From an uncultured Acidimicrobiia bacterium (GTDB lineage Bacteria; Actinomycetota; Acidimicrobiia; IMCC26256; JAENVU01), in NCBI GenBank assembly GCA_963752335.1, contig CAVVXW010000003.1:183187-247186 (forward strand): 64,000 nt of DNA. The letters are read 5' to 3'. Position 1 is the first letter of the stretch. Each line of letters opens with the position of its first letter. The translations under genes were made by a program, and so were the position numbers. A model generated the notes under the pieces. The model did not search any database and had not been told where the DNA came from. It was given only the letters and a program-made list of their open reading frames with translations. This document shows positions 19,511 through 29,179 of this stretch, piece by piece.

Positions 19511-21006
19511 TCGCGCTCGCAGTTCCCCGCGTCGACTGGTACTCGATCGCGCCGGTCGTCATGCCGGTCGCGGCCGCGGTGCTGATCGTGTTGCTGCGCT
19601 CGATGGGCCGGGAGCGGTTCCGCGCGTACCCGCCGGCGATGCTCATCGGGACGCTGGGGCTCGCGGCATCGGCCTTCTTCCTCGCCAAGCAGTGGAGCGT
19701 GGTCACCGACGACGCGCCCTACGACGCGATGGCGAAGATGGTCGCGGTCGACGGATTCTCCGTGTTCGTCAGCGTCGTCGTGGTCGTTGCCGCCGCGCTC
19801 GTGCTCCTCCTGTCCAGCGGCTACCTGGCGAGGCGCGGCATCGAGTCCCGCCCCGAGTACGTGGTGCTGCTCCTCGTGAGCGTGACCGGCATGCTCGTGA
19901 TGGCCGGTGCGAACGACCTCATCGTCGTGTTCGTGGCGCTCGAGGTGCTCTCGATCCCGCTCTACGTGCTCGCGGCGTACGACGTGCGCCGGAGGCGCTC
20001 GCTCGAGGCCGGCATCAAGTACTTCGTGCTCGGCGCGTTCTCCTCCGCCGTATTCCTGTACGGCGTCGCCCTGCTCTACGGCGCGACGGGCACGACCTCG
20101 CTCGAGGGGATCCAGAACTACCTGGCCAGCAACGCGCTCATCCACGAGGGGACGCTCCTCGCCGGGCTCGCGCTCCTGCTCGTGGGCTTGGGCTTCAAGA
20201 TCGCCGCGGCGCCGTTCCACATGTGGACGCCCGACGTGTACGAGGGCGCGCCCAGCCCCGTGACCGCGTTCATGGCCTCGGCAACGAAGGCCGCGGGCTT
20301 CGCCGCCCTGCTCCGCGTCCTCTACACCGCGCTGCCCTCGTACCGGACCGACTGGCGGCAACTGGTCTTCGTCATGGCGGTCCTCACCCTCCTCGTCGGC
20401 TCGATCGGCGCGCTCCGTCAGACCGACCTGAAGCGACTGCTCGCCTACTCGTCGATCGCGCACGCGGGGTACATCCTCATCGGGGTCCAGGCCGGAACCG
20501 CACGCGGGTTGGAGTCGTCGCTCTTCTACCTGCTCGTGTACGCCTTCATGACGATCGGTGCGTTCGCGATCGTCACGTCGCTCAACGAGGGCGACGACCT
20601 GCACTCGATTTCGGACCTCACGGCCTACGGTCGACGGCGACCGATGGTCGCGGCGCTCCTCGCGTTGTTCCTGCTCGCCCAGGCGGGGATCCCGCCGACC
20701 GCGGGCTTCATCGCCAAGCTCGAGGTGTTCGCGGCCGCGTCGGCGGCGCACTCGTACGCGCTGCTCATCGTCGGAGTCCTGACGTCGGTCATCACCGCGT
20801 ACTTCTATCTGCGGGTGATCCTCACGATGTACGCGTCGGAGGACGAGCAGGAGGAGCCCGACGAGGTCGAGATCGAGCCTGCCCGCCCGCCCGTCGGGGC
20901 GCCCACGGCGACGGTCCTCGTGGTCTGCGTCGCGGCGACGATCTGGATCGGCGTGCTGCCGACGGTGATCCTCGACTTCGCCCACCGGGCGTCACTGCTG
21001 TTCTGA
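19507..21006 (+). CDS. nuoN: NADH-quinone oxidoreductase subunit N (operon 1)
   Basis: ATG 19507 overlaps the nuoM stop (ATGA). Motifs FVALEVLSIPLYVL and PFHMWTPDVYEGAPSPVTAFM. Confidence 0.92.
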   Translation: MIALAVPRVDWYSIAPVVMPVAAAVLIVLLRSMGRERFRAYPPAMLIGTLGLAASAFFLAKQWSVVTDDAPYDAMAKMVAVDGFSVFVSVVVVVAAALVLLLSSGYLARRGIESRPEYVVLLLVSVTGMLVMAGANDLIVVFVALEVLSIPLYVLAAYDVRRRRSLEAGIKYFVLGAFSSAVFLYGVALLYGATGTTSLEGIQNYLASNALIHEGTLLAGLALLLVGLGFKIAAAPFHMWTPDVYEGAPSPVTAFMASATKAAGFAALLRVLYTALPSYRTDWRQLVFVMAVLTLLVGSIGALRQTDLKRLLAYSSIAHAGYILIGVQAGTARGLESSLFYLLVYAFMTIGAFAIVTSLNEGDDLHSISDLTAYGRRRPMVAALLALFLLAQAGIPPTAGFIAKLEVFAAASAAHSYALLIVGVLTSVITAYFYLRVILTMYASEDEQEEPDEVEIEPARPPVGAPTATVLVVCVAATIWIGVLPTVILDFAHRASLLF

Positions 21007-21055
21007 CGCCGGGAAATCCGCGGCGGGGACGGCGCCCTCGGGCCAGACTGAGCGC

Positions 21056-21610
21056 ATGGACCCGGAGCGGCGAACCGTTGCCGAGCTCGAGGCCGGCCTC
21101 GAGGAGATCCGACGGTCCCCGGACACGGCCGGTGTGCTCGCCCTGATCGTGCGTCGCCCGGCGATCGATGCTCGCGAGGTGCTCGAATCGGGCGAACTGG
21201 ACGAATCCCTCGGACTCGTCGGCGACACGTGGAACGTGCGCCCCTCGCGCCGTACCGACGACGGCGGTCCTCACCCGGACATGCAGCTGAACGTGATGAA
21301 CGCGCGCGTCGCGGCCCTGGTCGCCGGCCCGGTCGAGCGCTGGCCGCTCGCGGGGGACCAGCTCTACGTCGACCTCGACCTGTCGGAGACGAATCTCCCG
21401 CCCGGCACCCGGCTCGCCCTCGGCGATGCCGTCATCGAGGTGACGGCGCAGCCGCACACCGGGTGCGCGAAGTTCTCCGGTCGCTTCGGCGCCGACGCGT
21501 TGCGCTTCGTGAACGAGCCCGGCGGCCGCGCGCTGCGGCTGCGGGGCATGAACGCCCGGGTGGTCTCGGGCGGCACCGTCTCCCGAGGTGACCCGGTCAC
21601 CAAGCTCTGA
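21056..21610 (+). CDS. MOSC domain-containing protein
   Basis: ORF 21056..21610. [14 protein letters not shown]...[20 protein letters not shown] resembles the MOSC beta-barrel with its conserved Cys. Confidence 0.7.
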   Translation: MDPERRTVAELEAGLEEIRRSPDTAGVLALIVRRPAIDAREVLESGELDESLGLVGDTWNVRPSRRTDDGGPHPDMQLNVMNARVAALVAGPVERWPLAGDQLYVDLDLSETNLPPGTRLALGDAVIEVTAQPHTGCAKFSGRFGADALRFVNEPGGRALRLRGMNARVVSGGTVSRGDPVTKL

Positions 21611-21677
21611 CCGGCGCGGCGTCCCGGAAGCCCTTCGACGGTCCTGCCGGGGCGGGCGCGGCTCGCTCCGCCACGGT

Positions 21678-21708
21678 TTGAGGACGGCGAAAAGGCCAGA
21701 CGTATACT
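21678..21708 (+). promoter_or_regulatory. candidate promoter of nuo operon 2 (TTGAGG-19 nt-TATACT)
   Basis: TATACT at 21703-21708 is a striking AT-rich hexamer in GC-rich DNA, 34 nt upstream of the nuoA2 GTG. The -35-like TTGAGG has a long spacer. Confidence 0.3.
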
Positions 21709-21741
21709 CGCCCGGTTCCGGCGTCTGGAGGGGCCGCGCGC

Positions 21742-22104
21742 GTGACGGAGTATTACCGGCAGTATCTCGCGGTCGCAGTGCTGATCGGCGCGGGGCTCGT
21801 CATGGTCGGCGGCATGCTGGGCCTCGGACGGCTCGTGCGCCCGACCCGACCCCAGCCCGAGAAGTACGTGACCTACGAGGCCGGCTCGGATCCCGTGGGG
21901 GGCTGGGGCCAGTCCAACGTGCGCTACTACGTCTACGCGCTCCTCTTCGTCATGTTCGACGTGGAAGCGGTGTTCATCTTCCCGTGGGCGACCCGCGTGG
22001 ACCACCTGGGTGTGACCACTCTCGTCTCGATGATCGTGTTCATCGTCGTGCTCACCCTCGGCCTCGTGTACGCGTGGCGGAAGGGGGTCCTGCGATGGGC
22101 CTAG
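21742..22104 (+). CDS. nuoA: NADH-quinone oxidoreductase subunit A (operon 2)
   Basis: ORF 21742..22104 (GTG start, GGAGGGG SD). Motifs YEAGSDP and [12 protein letters not shown]. Confidence 0.9.
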   Translation: MTEYYRQYLAVAVLIGAGLVMVGGMLGLGRLVRPTRPQPEKYVTYEAGSDPVGGWGQSNVRYYVYALLFVMFDVEAVFIFPWATRVDHLGVTTLVSMIVFIVVLTLGLVYAWRKGVLRWA

Positions 22105-22646
22105 TCGAGAACGGCACCCTCGGGAAGAAGCCGCTCAAGCCCGTCACCTGGCTGCTCAACTACAGCCGCAAGTACAGCCTGTGGATGTTCCAGTGGGGCC
22201 TCGCGTGCTGCGCGATCGAGATGGGCGCCGCGCTCGCGAGTCCGCGCTACGACATGATGCGGCTCGGAGTCATCCCCTTCCCGGCGAGCCCCCGCCAGGC
22301 CGATCTCGTGGTGATCTCCGGCACCGTCACCGACAAGATGGCGCCCGCGATCAAGCGCCTGTACGAGCAGATGCCCGACCCGAAGTACGTGATCTCGATG
22401 GGCTCGTGTGCCAACTGCGGCGGGCCCTACTGGGACTCGTACTCGGTCACCAAGGGCGTGGATCAGATCATCCCGGTCGACATCTACATCCCGGGCTGTC
22501 CGCCCCGTCCGGAGGCGTTGCTCCAGGCCATCGTGATGCTCCAGGAGCGGATCCAGGGCGAGGGCATCGGCAACGACGAGCTCGCAGCGCGCTGGCGCGG
22601 CGAGTACGTCCCCGCGCAGCCCGTCCCCGACCCGGTGAGGGCCTAG
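22095..22646 (+). CDS. nuoB: NADH-quinone oxidoreductase subunit B (operon 2)
   Basis: ATG 22095 overlaps the nuoA2 end by 10 nt. Motifs [20 protein letters not shown] and IPGCPP. Confidence 0.92.
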   Translation: MGLVENGTLGKKPLKPVTWLLNYSRKYSLWMFQWGLACCAIEMGAALASPRYDMMRLGVIPFPASPRQADLVVISGTVTDKMAPAIKRLYEQMPDPKYVISMGSCANCGGPYWDSYSVTKGVDQIIPVDIYIPGCPPRPEALLQAIVMLQERIQGEGIGNDELAARWRGEYVPAQPVPDPVRA

Positions 22647-22652
22647 CCCACG

Positions 22653-23423
22653 ATGGCCGACGACACCCCCGACGAGACGCCCGACGAGACCGGCGCGCCG
22701 GAGGCCGCGGACGACTCGCTGCCGGCGCCGACGGCGGACGCGACGCCCGAGCCGGCGGGCGCGACGCCCGAGCCTGCGGCCGAGCCCGAGGTGCCACCCG
22801 CGCTCGATCCCGAGGTGGAGGCGCTGCTCGCACGTCTCGAGCGCGTGCTCGGCGACGGTGTCGTCGAGCACGGCTCCATGCACGGCAACCTCGTCGTGCG
22901 CGTGCGTCCCGGCGCATGGCGGCGTGCCGCCGAGGTCGCGCGCGCCGAGCTCGACTGCGACTACCTCTCGTTCGTCTCCGGCATCGACTGGATGCCCGCT
23001 CCGAAGGCCGAAGGCGACGAGGGCGGCGACACGTCGGCGCCGGTCCAGCCCGACACGATGACCTTCGGCGTCGCCGGGTCCGAGGGCCGGCTGCAGGTGT
23101 TCGGGCACGTGCAGTCCACGTCGCGTCACTGGGGCGTCACGATCAAGACCGACGTCTCCGAGGACGAGCCCGCCGTCGACAGCTGGGTCCCCGTCTACCC
23201 GGGCGCCGACTGGCACGAGCGCGAGTGCTGGGAGATGTACGGCATCGACTTCCGCGGCCACCCGAAGATCCGCCACATCTACCTCCCGGGGGAGTTCGAG
23301 GGCCACCCCCTCCGCAAGGACTTCGCGCTGCTCGCGCGGGAGGTGAAGCCCTGGCCGGGGCTCGTCGACGTCGAGCCGATGCCCGGTGACGACACCGCGG
23401 ACGACGCGGACGCCGCCTCATGA
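22653..23423 (+). CDS. nuoC: NADH-quinone oxidoreductase subunit C (operon 2), with an acidic/Pro-rich N-terminal extension
   Basis: ORF 22653..23423. Motif HERECWEMYGIDFRGHPKIRHIYLPGEFEGHPLRKD. Confidence 0.9.
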   Translation: MADDTPDETPDETGAPEAADDSLPAPTADATPEPAGATPEPAAEPEVPPALDPEVEALLARLERVLGDGVVEHGSMHGNLVVRVRPGAWRRAAEVARAELDCDYLSFVSGIDWMPAPKAEGDEGGDTSAPVQPDTMTFGVAGSEGRLQVFGHVQSTSRHWGVTIKTDVSEDEPAVDSWVPVYPGADWHERECWEMYGIDFRGHPKIRHIYLPGEFEGHPLRKDFALLAREVKPWPGLVDVEPMPGDDTADDADAAS

Positions 23424-24598
23424 GCGCGACCGAGACCCCGGGCTTCCAGATCGACGCGTCCCTCTCCCGCCACCTCGCCGACGCGGCGGTGAACGTCGAG
23501 CTCGACACCGGCGACATGATCCTCAACCTGGGTCCCCAGCACCCGGCGACCCACGGCACGCTGCGGCTCGTGGTCCGCCTCGACGGCGAGCGCGTCGTCG
23601 CGGCCGACCCGGTGATCGGGTACATGCACCGGGGCTACGAGAAGCTGAGTGAGTTCCGTACCTACCCGCAGATCACGACCCTGATCAACCGCATCGACTG
23701 GCTGTCGAGCTTCGCCAACGAGGTGCCGTTCATCCACGGCGCCGAGCAGCTGATGGACATCGAGGCGCCGCCGCGGGCCCAGTGGATCCGCACGATCCTG
23801 ACCGAGCTGAGTCGCATCGCGACGATCTACCTCTTCCTCGGCGAGATGGGGCTCCAGGTCGGTGCGCTCACGCCCGCGTTCTGGGGCTTCCGCGACCGTG
23901 AGCACGTGCTCAATCTGATCGAGGGCGCGACCGGTGGTCGCTTCCACCCCAACTTCAACCGCATCGGGGGCATCAAGGACGACCTGCCGTGGGGCTGGAT
24001 CGTCGATTGCCGGGCCGCGATGAAGCGCATCCTCGACGGTTGCGACGACTTCGAGGACGTGCTCGTCGGCAACGAGATCTTCGTAGCGCGCACGCGCGGC
24101 ATCGGGATCATCCCCGGTGAGCTCGGCGCCGCGTACGGCGTCTCCGGCGCCAACCTGCGGGCCTCGGGCATCGACTGGGACCTGCGCCGCGACGGCAGGC
24201 CCTACCTCGCGTACCCCGAGCTCGACTTCAAGGTCTGGACCCACACCGACGGCGATTCGTTCGCTCGCTACTGGGTGCGGCTCCAGGAGACCCGCGAGTC
24301 GGCGCGCATGGTGCTGGCGCTGCTCGACGGGCTGCCCGCCGGGCCGATCATGGCCAAGGTCCCGCGCATCATCAAGGTGCCCGAGGGCGAGGCATGGGTC
24401 GAGACCGAGAACCCGCTCGGCCAGATGGGCTACTACATCGTGTCCAAGGGGGCGACGGGTCCGTTCCGCGTGAAGATCCGTTCGGCGTCGTTCTCGAACG
24501 TGTCGATCCTGCCGTGGTTGCTGCGGGGCGTCTACGTCCCCGACGTGATCACGATCCTCGGCAGCCTGTACTTCATCCTCGGGGACATCGACCGGTGA
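23420..24598 (+). CDS. nuoD: NADH-quinone oxidoreductase subunit D (operon 2)
   Basis: ATG 23420 overlaps the nuoC2 stop (ATGA). Motifs LNLGPQHPATHGTLRL and GYMHRGYEKL; the protein ends ...FILGDIDR. Confidence 0.93.
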   Translation: MSATETPGFQIDASLSRHLADAAVNVELDTGDMILNLGPQHPATHGTLRLVVRLDGERVVAADPVIGYMHRGYEKLSEFRTYPQITTLINRIDWLSSFANEVPFIHGAEQLMDIEAPPRAQWIRTILTELSRIATIYLFLGEMGLQVGALTPAFWGFRDREHVLNLIEGATGGRFHPNFNRIGGIKDDLPWGWIVDCRAAMKRILDGCDDFEDVLVGNEIFVARTRGIGIIPGELGAAYGVSGANLRASGIDWDLRRDGRPYLAYPELDFKVWTHTDGDSFARYWVRLQETRESARMVLALLDGLPAGPIMAKVPRIIKVPEGEAWVETENPLGQMGYYIVSKGATGPFRVKIRSASFSNVSILPWLLRGVYVPDVITILGSLYFILGDIDR

Positions 24599-24608
24599 GC
24601 GGGACGCG

Positions 24609-25637
24609 ATGACGCTCGCACTCGAGATCGGTTGGGGCACGACGCTCGCCATCAAGACCGTGATCGTGCTCGCGATCATTCCGCTGGGCGCGTTGATCCT
24701 CGGCTACACGTTCCTGCTCAAGATGATGAGCCACATGCAGAGCCGGCTCGGACCGATGGACCCCGGTGGGTTCCACGGCTGGTTCCAGCTCGTGGGCGAC
24801 GGCATCAAGTTCCTCCAGAAGGAGGACGTCATGCCGGCGGAGTCGGACCGCCGCGTGTTCGCCATCGCACCCGCAGTCGTGGTGATCTCGACGTTCCTGA
24901 TCTTCCTCGTCGTGCCCACGGGACCGCGGCTCGTCGTGCGCGATCTCGACGTCGGCGTCTTCTACGCGCTGGCCGTCTCGAGCCTCTCGGTGATCGGCGT
25001 GCTCATGGCCGGCTGGGCGAGCGCCAACAAGTTCGCGCTCATCGGCGCCCTGCGCGCCGCCGCGCAGCTCATCGCCTACGAGCTGCCGCTGCTGCTGGCG
25101 GTCGTCGGTGTGGTCATCCAGGCCGGCACGATGAACCTCCAGCACATCGTGCTCGCCCAGCAGAACGGGTCGATCTTCGGATTCGACGGCATCGGCAACC
25201 CGTTCATCCTCACGCAGTTCGTCGGGTTCCTGCTCTTCCTCGTCGCCGCGCAGGCCGAGCTCACCCAGACCCCGTTCGACATGCCCGTCGCCGAGTCCGA
25301 GCTGGTGGCGGGCTACATGGTCGAGTACACGGGCTTCCGGTTCCTCTTCTTCTTCATCGGCGAGTTCGGCACCGCATTCGCCTTCGCCGCGCTCGCCGCC
25401 ACCATGTTCCTCGGCGGCTGGGCGATCCCGGGGGTTCACGGTGGCATCGCGGACCTGCTCGGACCGATCGTGCTCTTCGTGAAGCTGATGATCGTCGCGT
25501 TCTTGATGTTCTGGGTCCGCTTCACCTACCCGCGCCTGCGCGAGGACCAGCTCCAGGCGCTCGCGTGGAAGTTCCTGATCCCGATCGGGCTCCTGAACAT
25601 CATCGCCACGGCGATCATCAAGGTGGCGGTCAACTGA
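24609..25637 (+). CDS. nuoH: NADH-quinone oxidoreductase subunit H (operon 2)
   Basis: ORF 24609..25637. Motifs PFDMPVAESELVAGYMVEYTG and RLREDQL. It follows nuoD2 directly, with no nuoE, nuoF or nuoG in between. Confidence 0.92.
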   Translation: MTLALEIGWGTTLAIKTVIVLAIIPLGALILGYTFLLKMMSHMQSRLGPMDPGGFHGWFQLVGDGIKFLQKEDVMPAESDRRVFAIAPAVVVISTFLIFLVVPTGPRLVVRDLDVGVFYALAVSSLSVIGVLMAGWASANKFALIGALRAAAQLIAYELPLLLAVVGVVIQAGTMNLQHIVLAQQNGSIFGFDGIGNPFILTQFVGFLLFLVAAQAELTQTPFDMPVAESELVAGYMVEYTGFRFLFFFIGEFGTAFAFAALAATMFLGGWAIPGVHGGIADLLGPIVLFVKLMIVAFLMFWVRFTYPRLREDQLQALAWKFLIPIGLLNIIATAIIKVAVN

Positions 25638-25670
25638 TGAGACCCGAATGCTCGGCGAAGGGCCGGTGAG

Positions 25671-26154
25671 ATGAAGAAGCCGCATCTCCCCGGCGTCATC
25701 AGCGGTCTGGGCGTGACGTTCCGCACGATGATGGAGGGCGCCGTCACCGTGCAGTACCCCCACGAGCGCGAGGATCCGCCCACCCGCGCGCGGCGTCATC
25801 GCGCTCAAGGAGGAGAACTGCACCGCGTGCATGCTCTGCGGTCGCAGCTGCCCCGACTGGTGCATCTACATCGAGGGCCACAAGGAGCTGCGACCGCCCC
25901 GGCGCGAAGGTGGCCGGCCCCGCAGCGTCAACATCCTCGACCGGTTCGACATCGACTACGGCCTCTGCATGTACTGCGGGATCTGCGTCGAGGTCTGTCC
26001 GTTCGACGCCCTCTTCTGGAGCCCCGAGTACGAGTACTCCGAACCCCGCATCGCTGATCTGCTCCACGACAAGGACCGTCTCGGCGAGTGGATGGAGTTC
26101 GTCCCCGAACCCGAGCCGCTCGAGCTCGGGGCCGAAGTCAAGGGCAAGAAGTGA
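25671..26154 (+). pseudogene. nuoI: NADH-quinone oxidoreductase subunit I (operon 2), frameshifted as assembled
   Basis: The N-terminus [37 protein letters not shown] is in the frame of ORF 25671. The rest ([27 protein letters not shown]...[12 protein letters not shown]) is in the +1 frame (ORF 25831..26154). The junction is at about 25783-25792 in cccacccgcgcgcggcg. Confidence 0.85.
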
Positions 26155-26220
26155 CGCCGCGCGTGGCCCACTCGAGGAGCACGACGTCTCCCGTTCCGCG
26201 GCGGAGCGGAGGCACACCGG

Positions 26221-26257
26221 GGAGCGAACGGCCGCCAGGTGGGTATCCCGTCGAGCA
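26221..26257 (+). promoter_or_regulatory. copy of the GGTAYCC-hairpin leader element in the nuoI2-nuoJ2 spacer
   Basis: ggagcgaacggccgccaggtgggtatcccgtcgagca matches the tuf repeat unit at 62206-62242 at 31 of 37 positions (counted by hand). It lies in a 118-nt gap in an otherwise tightly packed operon. Confidence 0.5.
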
Positions 26258-26272
26258 GACAGCGACGCAATC

Positions 26273-26788
26273 GTGATCGTCCAGAACATCTTCTTCTGGG
26301 TCTTCGCGGTCGCGATGATCGGTGCCGCGATCGGCGTGGTGCGCTCGCGCAACGTCGTGCACGCCGCCCTCTACCTGGTCGTCGTCATGGCCGGCGCCGC
26401 CGCGCAGTACATCCTGCTCGCGGCCGAGTTCGTCGCCTGGGTCCAGGTGATCATCTACATCGGCGCGGTGATCATCCTGTTCCTGTTCGGCATCATGCTC
26501 ACGCGCGCGCCGATGCGCGGTGAGACCGATCTCGACAACGACCAGAAGTGGCAGGGAGCGGTCGTCGGCGTGTTCCTCGCCGGCGTGCTCGGCACGCTGT
26601 TGATCCAAGCCTTCGGCGACAAGAAGATCGCGATCGGTGGCACCCAGGGTCAGAAGCTGCTGCACGTCGGGAAGGCCTCGACGGTCGCCGACACGATCTT
26701 CCGAGGCTACGTCGTGCCGTTCGAGCTCGTGTCGATCCTGCTGCTGGCCGCACTGGTCGGCGCGGTCGTGATCGCACGGAGGGACTGA
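26273..26788 (+). CDS. nuoJ: NADH-quinone oxidoreductase subunit J (operon 2)
   Basis: Frame of ORF 25910..26788 trimmed to GTG 26273. Begins [34 protein letters not shown] and ends [22 protein letters not shown]. Confidence 0.88.
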   Translation: MIVQNIFFWVFAVAMIGAAIGVVRSRNVVHAALYLVVVMAGAAAQYILLAAEFVAWVQVIIYIGAVIILFLFGIMLTRAPMRGETDLDNDQKWQGAVVGVFLAGVLGTLLIQAFGDKKIAIGGTQGQKLLHVGKASTVADTIFRGYVVPFELVSILLLAALVGAVVIARRD

Positions 26789-26789
26789 C

Positions 26790-27089
26790 GTGATCCTCAA
26801 CCAGTTCCTCGTGCTCGCGGCGATCCTCTTCTGCATCGGCGTCTACGGCGTGCTCGTCCGGCGCAACGGCGTGCTCGTGCTCATGAGCGTCGAGCTGATG
26901 CTGAACGCGGTGAACATCAACCTGGTCGCGTTCTCGGCCTATCTGCGCCAGACCGTGGGCGAGGTGTTCGCGCTGTTCGTCATCACGATCGCCGCCGCCG
27001 AGGTGGGCGTTGGTCTCGCCATCGTCCTGCTGATCTACCGCAACCTGCACAGCCCTGATCTCGACCGCGTCGAACAGCTGAAGGGGTAG
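26790..27089 (+). CDS. nuoK: NADH-quinone oxidoreductase subunit K (operon 2)
   Basis: ORF 26790..27089, intact at 99 aa. Motifs [17 protein letters not shown] and [19 protein letters not shown]. Confidence 0.92.
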   Translation: MILNQFLVLAAILFCIGVYGVLVRRNGVLVLMSVELMLNAVNINLVAFSAYLRQTVGEVFALFVITIAAAEVGVGLAIVLLIYRNLHSPDLDRVEQLKG

Positions 27090-27099
27090 GGAAGAGCTC

Positions 27100-29166
27100 G
27101 TGCTCGACTACGCGTGGATCATCCCGGCCATCCCGGTCGTGTCGTTCCTGGCGATCCTGTTCTTCGGGAAGAGGATGCCGAGGGGCGGATCCGAGATCGG
27201 CATCGTCGCGGTCGGCTCGACGTTCGTCCTCTCCTGCATCACCGCGGTGCAGTGGTTCGTCCGCGTCGAGGACGCGTCGGGCGGTGCCGCGGCGGCGGTG
27301 CGCGCGTTCGGCAAGGGTCTGATGCTGCGCGCCGGCGAGGAGGCCGTCGTCCGACCGGTCGTGCACACCGTCACCTGGTGGCGCAGCGGCTCGCTCGAGT
27401 TCAGCGTCGGCACCCGCATCGACGGGCTCGCGGTGATGATGCTCTTCGTCGTCACGTTGATCTCGCTGCTCGTGCACATCTACTCCACCGCGTACATGCA
27501 CGACGATGTGCGCTACACGTACTTCTACGCGGCGCTCAGCCTGTTCACGGCGTCGATGCTCACCCTGGTCGTCGCGTCGAACACGCTCGAGCTGCTCGTC
27601 GGCTGGGAGCTCGTCGGGCTCTGCTCGTTCATGCTGATCGGCCACTGGTGGGAGGAGCAGGAGAACAGCAACGCCGCGTTGAAGGCCTTCCTCACCACCC
27701 GCACCGGTGACATCGGCCTGATGATCGGCGTGATCGTCACCTTCTTCGCGGCCGATCAGAGCTTCGACATCGGGCGGATCAACACCGCGGCCCTGGCCGG
27801 GCTGAACGGCCACACCATCTGGGTCGTCGGGGCCGCGTGCCTGCTGATCGGGATCATCGGCAAGAGCGGTCAGTTCCCGCTCCACACCTGGCTGCCGGAC
27901 GCGATGGCCGGACCAACGCCGGTCTCCGCGCTCATCCACGCCGCGACCATGGTCGTCGCGGGGGTGTACCTCGGCGCCCGGGTGTACGGCGTCTTCTGGC
28001 AGGGCTTCTCGATCCAGGCCGGCGGCGTGAACGCCATGGCGCTCATCGGCGGTGTGACGATCATCATCGGTGCCGCGCTGGCCTTCGTGCAGGACGACAT
28101 CAAGAAGGTCCTCGCGTACTCCACGATCAGTCAGCTCGGCTACATGGTCATGGGGCTCGGTGTCGGCGCCTGGGTCGGCGCGGTGTTCCACCTCTTCACC
28201 CACGCCTTCTTCAAGGCGCTGCTCTTCCTCGGCGCCGGATCCATCAGCCACTCGGGATCGCACCACAGCTTCGACATGAAGAAGGACATGGGCGGCCTGC
28301 GCAAGCACATGCCGATCACGTTCTGGACCTTCATCATCGGCTCGCTCGCGCTCGCGGGCGTCGTACCCCTTGCGGGGTTCTGGTCCAAGGACGAGATCCT
28401 CGCCACCGCAGGCCAGGGCGGGTACGAGGTCTTCATGGTCATCGGCGTCGCCGGCGCCGTGCTCACCGCTGCCTACATGACCCGGTGCGTGTACCTCACG
28501 TTCTTCGGCGAGTACCGCGGTCACGGCCATCCGCACGAGTCGCCCAGGGCGATCACCGGGCCGCTCGTGGTGCTCGCCGGGCTGAGCGTCGTCGCCGGCC
28601 TCGCCAACGCGGCACCCATCGGCGTCGAGAAGTTCAAGGACTACGTCGAGCCGCGGATCGCGTTCCCCCCGGTGCACACGCCGAGCTTCGACTACCTGCT
28701 CGCCGGGCTCTCGGTCGGCGTCGTGCTCGCCGCGATCGGCTTCACGCTCTTCTTCTGGCTGGACCGCAAGGAGCTGCGCTCACTCAAGGGTCTGACGGAG
28801 CGGTCGGGCACGGCCAAGGCCGGCCACACCTTCCTCGTCAACAAGTACTACCTCGACCATCTGTACGAGAACGTGATCGTCGCGGGCATCAAGGGTCCGG
28901 TCGCCCGGGCCATGTACTGGGTGAACATGCACGTGATCGACGGGGTCGTGAACGGGGTCGGCCGGGGCACCACGGTGCTCGGTCGAGCGGTGTACCGCTT
29001 CGTGGACCAGGACACGGTCGACGGCGCGGTGAATGGGCTCGCGCGGGAGACGGACCAGGCCGGTGGCCTGCTCCGACCCCTGCAGTCGGGTCGGGTGCAG
29101 CGTTACGCGCTGTTCCTGTTCGGTTCCGTCGGGGTCATTGCCCTCGCGATCGCCATCTTCGGTTAG
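27100..29166 (+). CDS. nuoL: NADH-quinone oxidoreductase subunit L (operon 2)
   Basis: ORF 27100..29166. Motifs GWELVGLCSFMLIGHWW and [27 protein letters not shown]. Confidence 0.92.
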   Translation: MLDYAWIIPAIPVVSFLAILFFGKRMPRGGSEIGIVAVGSTFVLSCITAVQWFVRVEDASGGAAAAVRAFGKGLMLRAGEEAVVRPVVHTVTWWRSGSLEFSVGTRIDGLAVMMLFVVTLISLLVHIYSTAYMHDDVRYTYFYAALSLFTASMLTLVVASNTLELLVGWELVGLCSFMLIGHWWEEQENSNAALKAFLTTRTGDIGLMIGVIVTFFAADQSFDIGRINTAALAGLNGHTIWVVGAACLLIGIIGKSGQFPLHTWLPDAMAGPTPVSALIHAATMVVAGVYLGARVYGVFWQGFSIQAGGVNAMALIGGVTIIIGAALAFVQDDIKKVLAYSTISQLGYMVMGLGVGAWVGAVFHLFTHAFFKALLFLGAGSISHSGSHHSFDMKKDMGGLRKHMPITFWTFIIGSLALAGVVPLAGFWSKDEILATAGQGGYEVFMVIGVAGAVLTAAYMTRCVYLTFFGEYRGHGHPHESPRAITGPLVVLAGLSVVAGLANAAPIGVEKFKDYVEPRIAFPPVHTPSFDYLLAGLSVGVVLAAIGFTLFFWLDRKELRSLKGLTERSGTAKAGHTFLVNKYYLDHLYENVIVAGIKGPVARAMYWVNMHVIDGVVNGVGRGTTVLGRAVYRFVDQDTVDGAVNGLARETDQAGGLLRPLQSGRVQRYALFLFGSVGVIALAIAIFG

Positions 29167-29179
29167 GGGAACACGAAAG

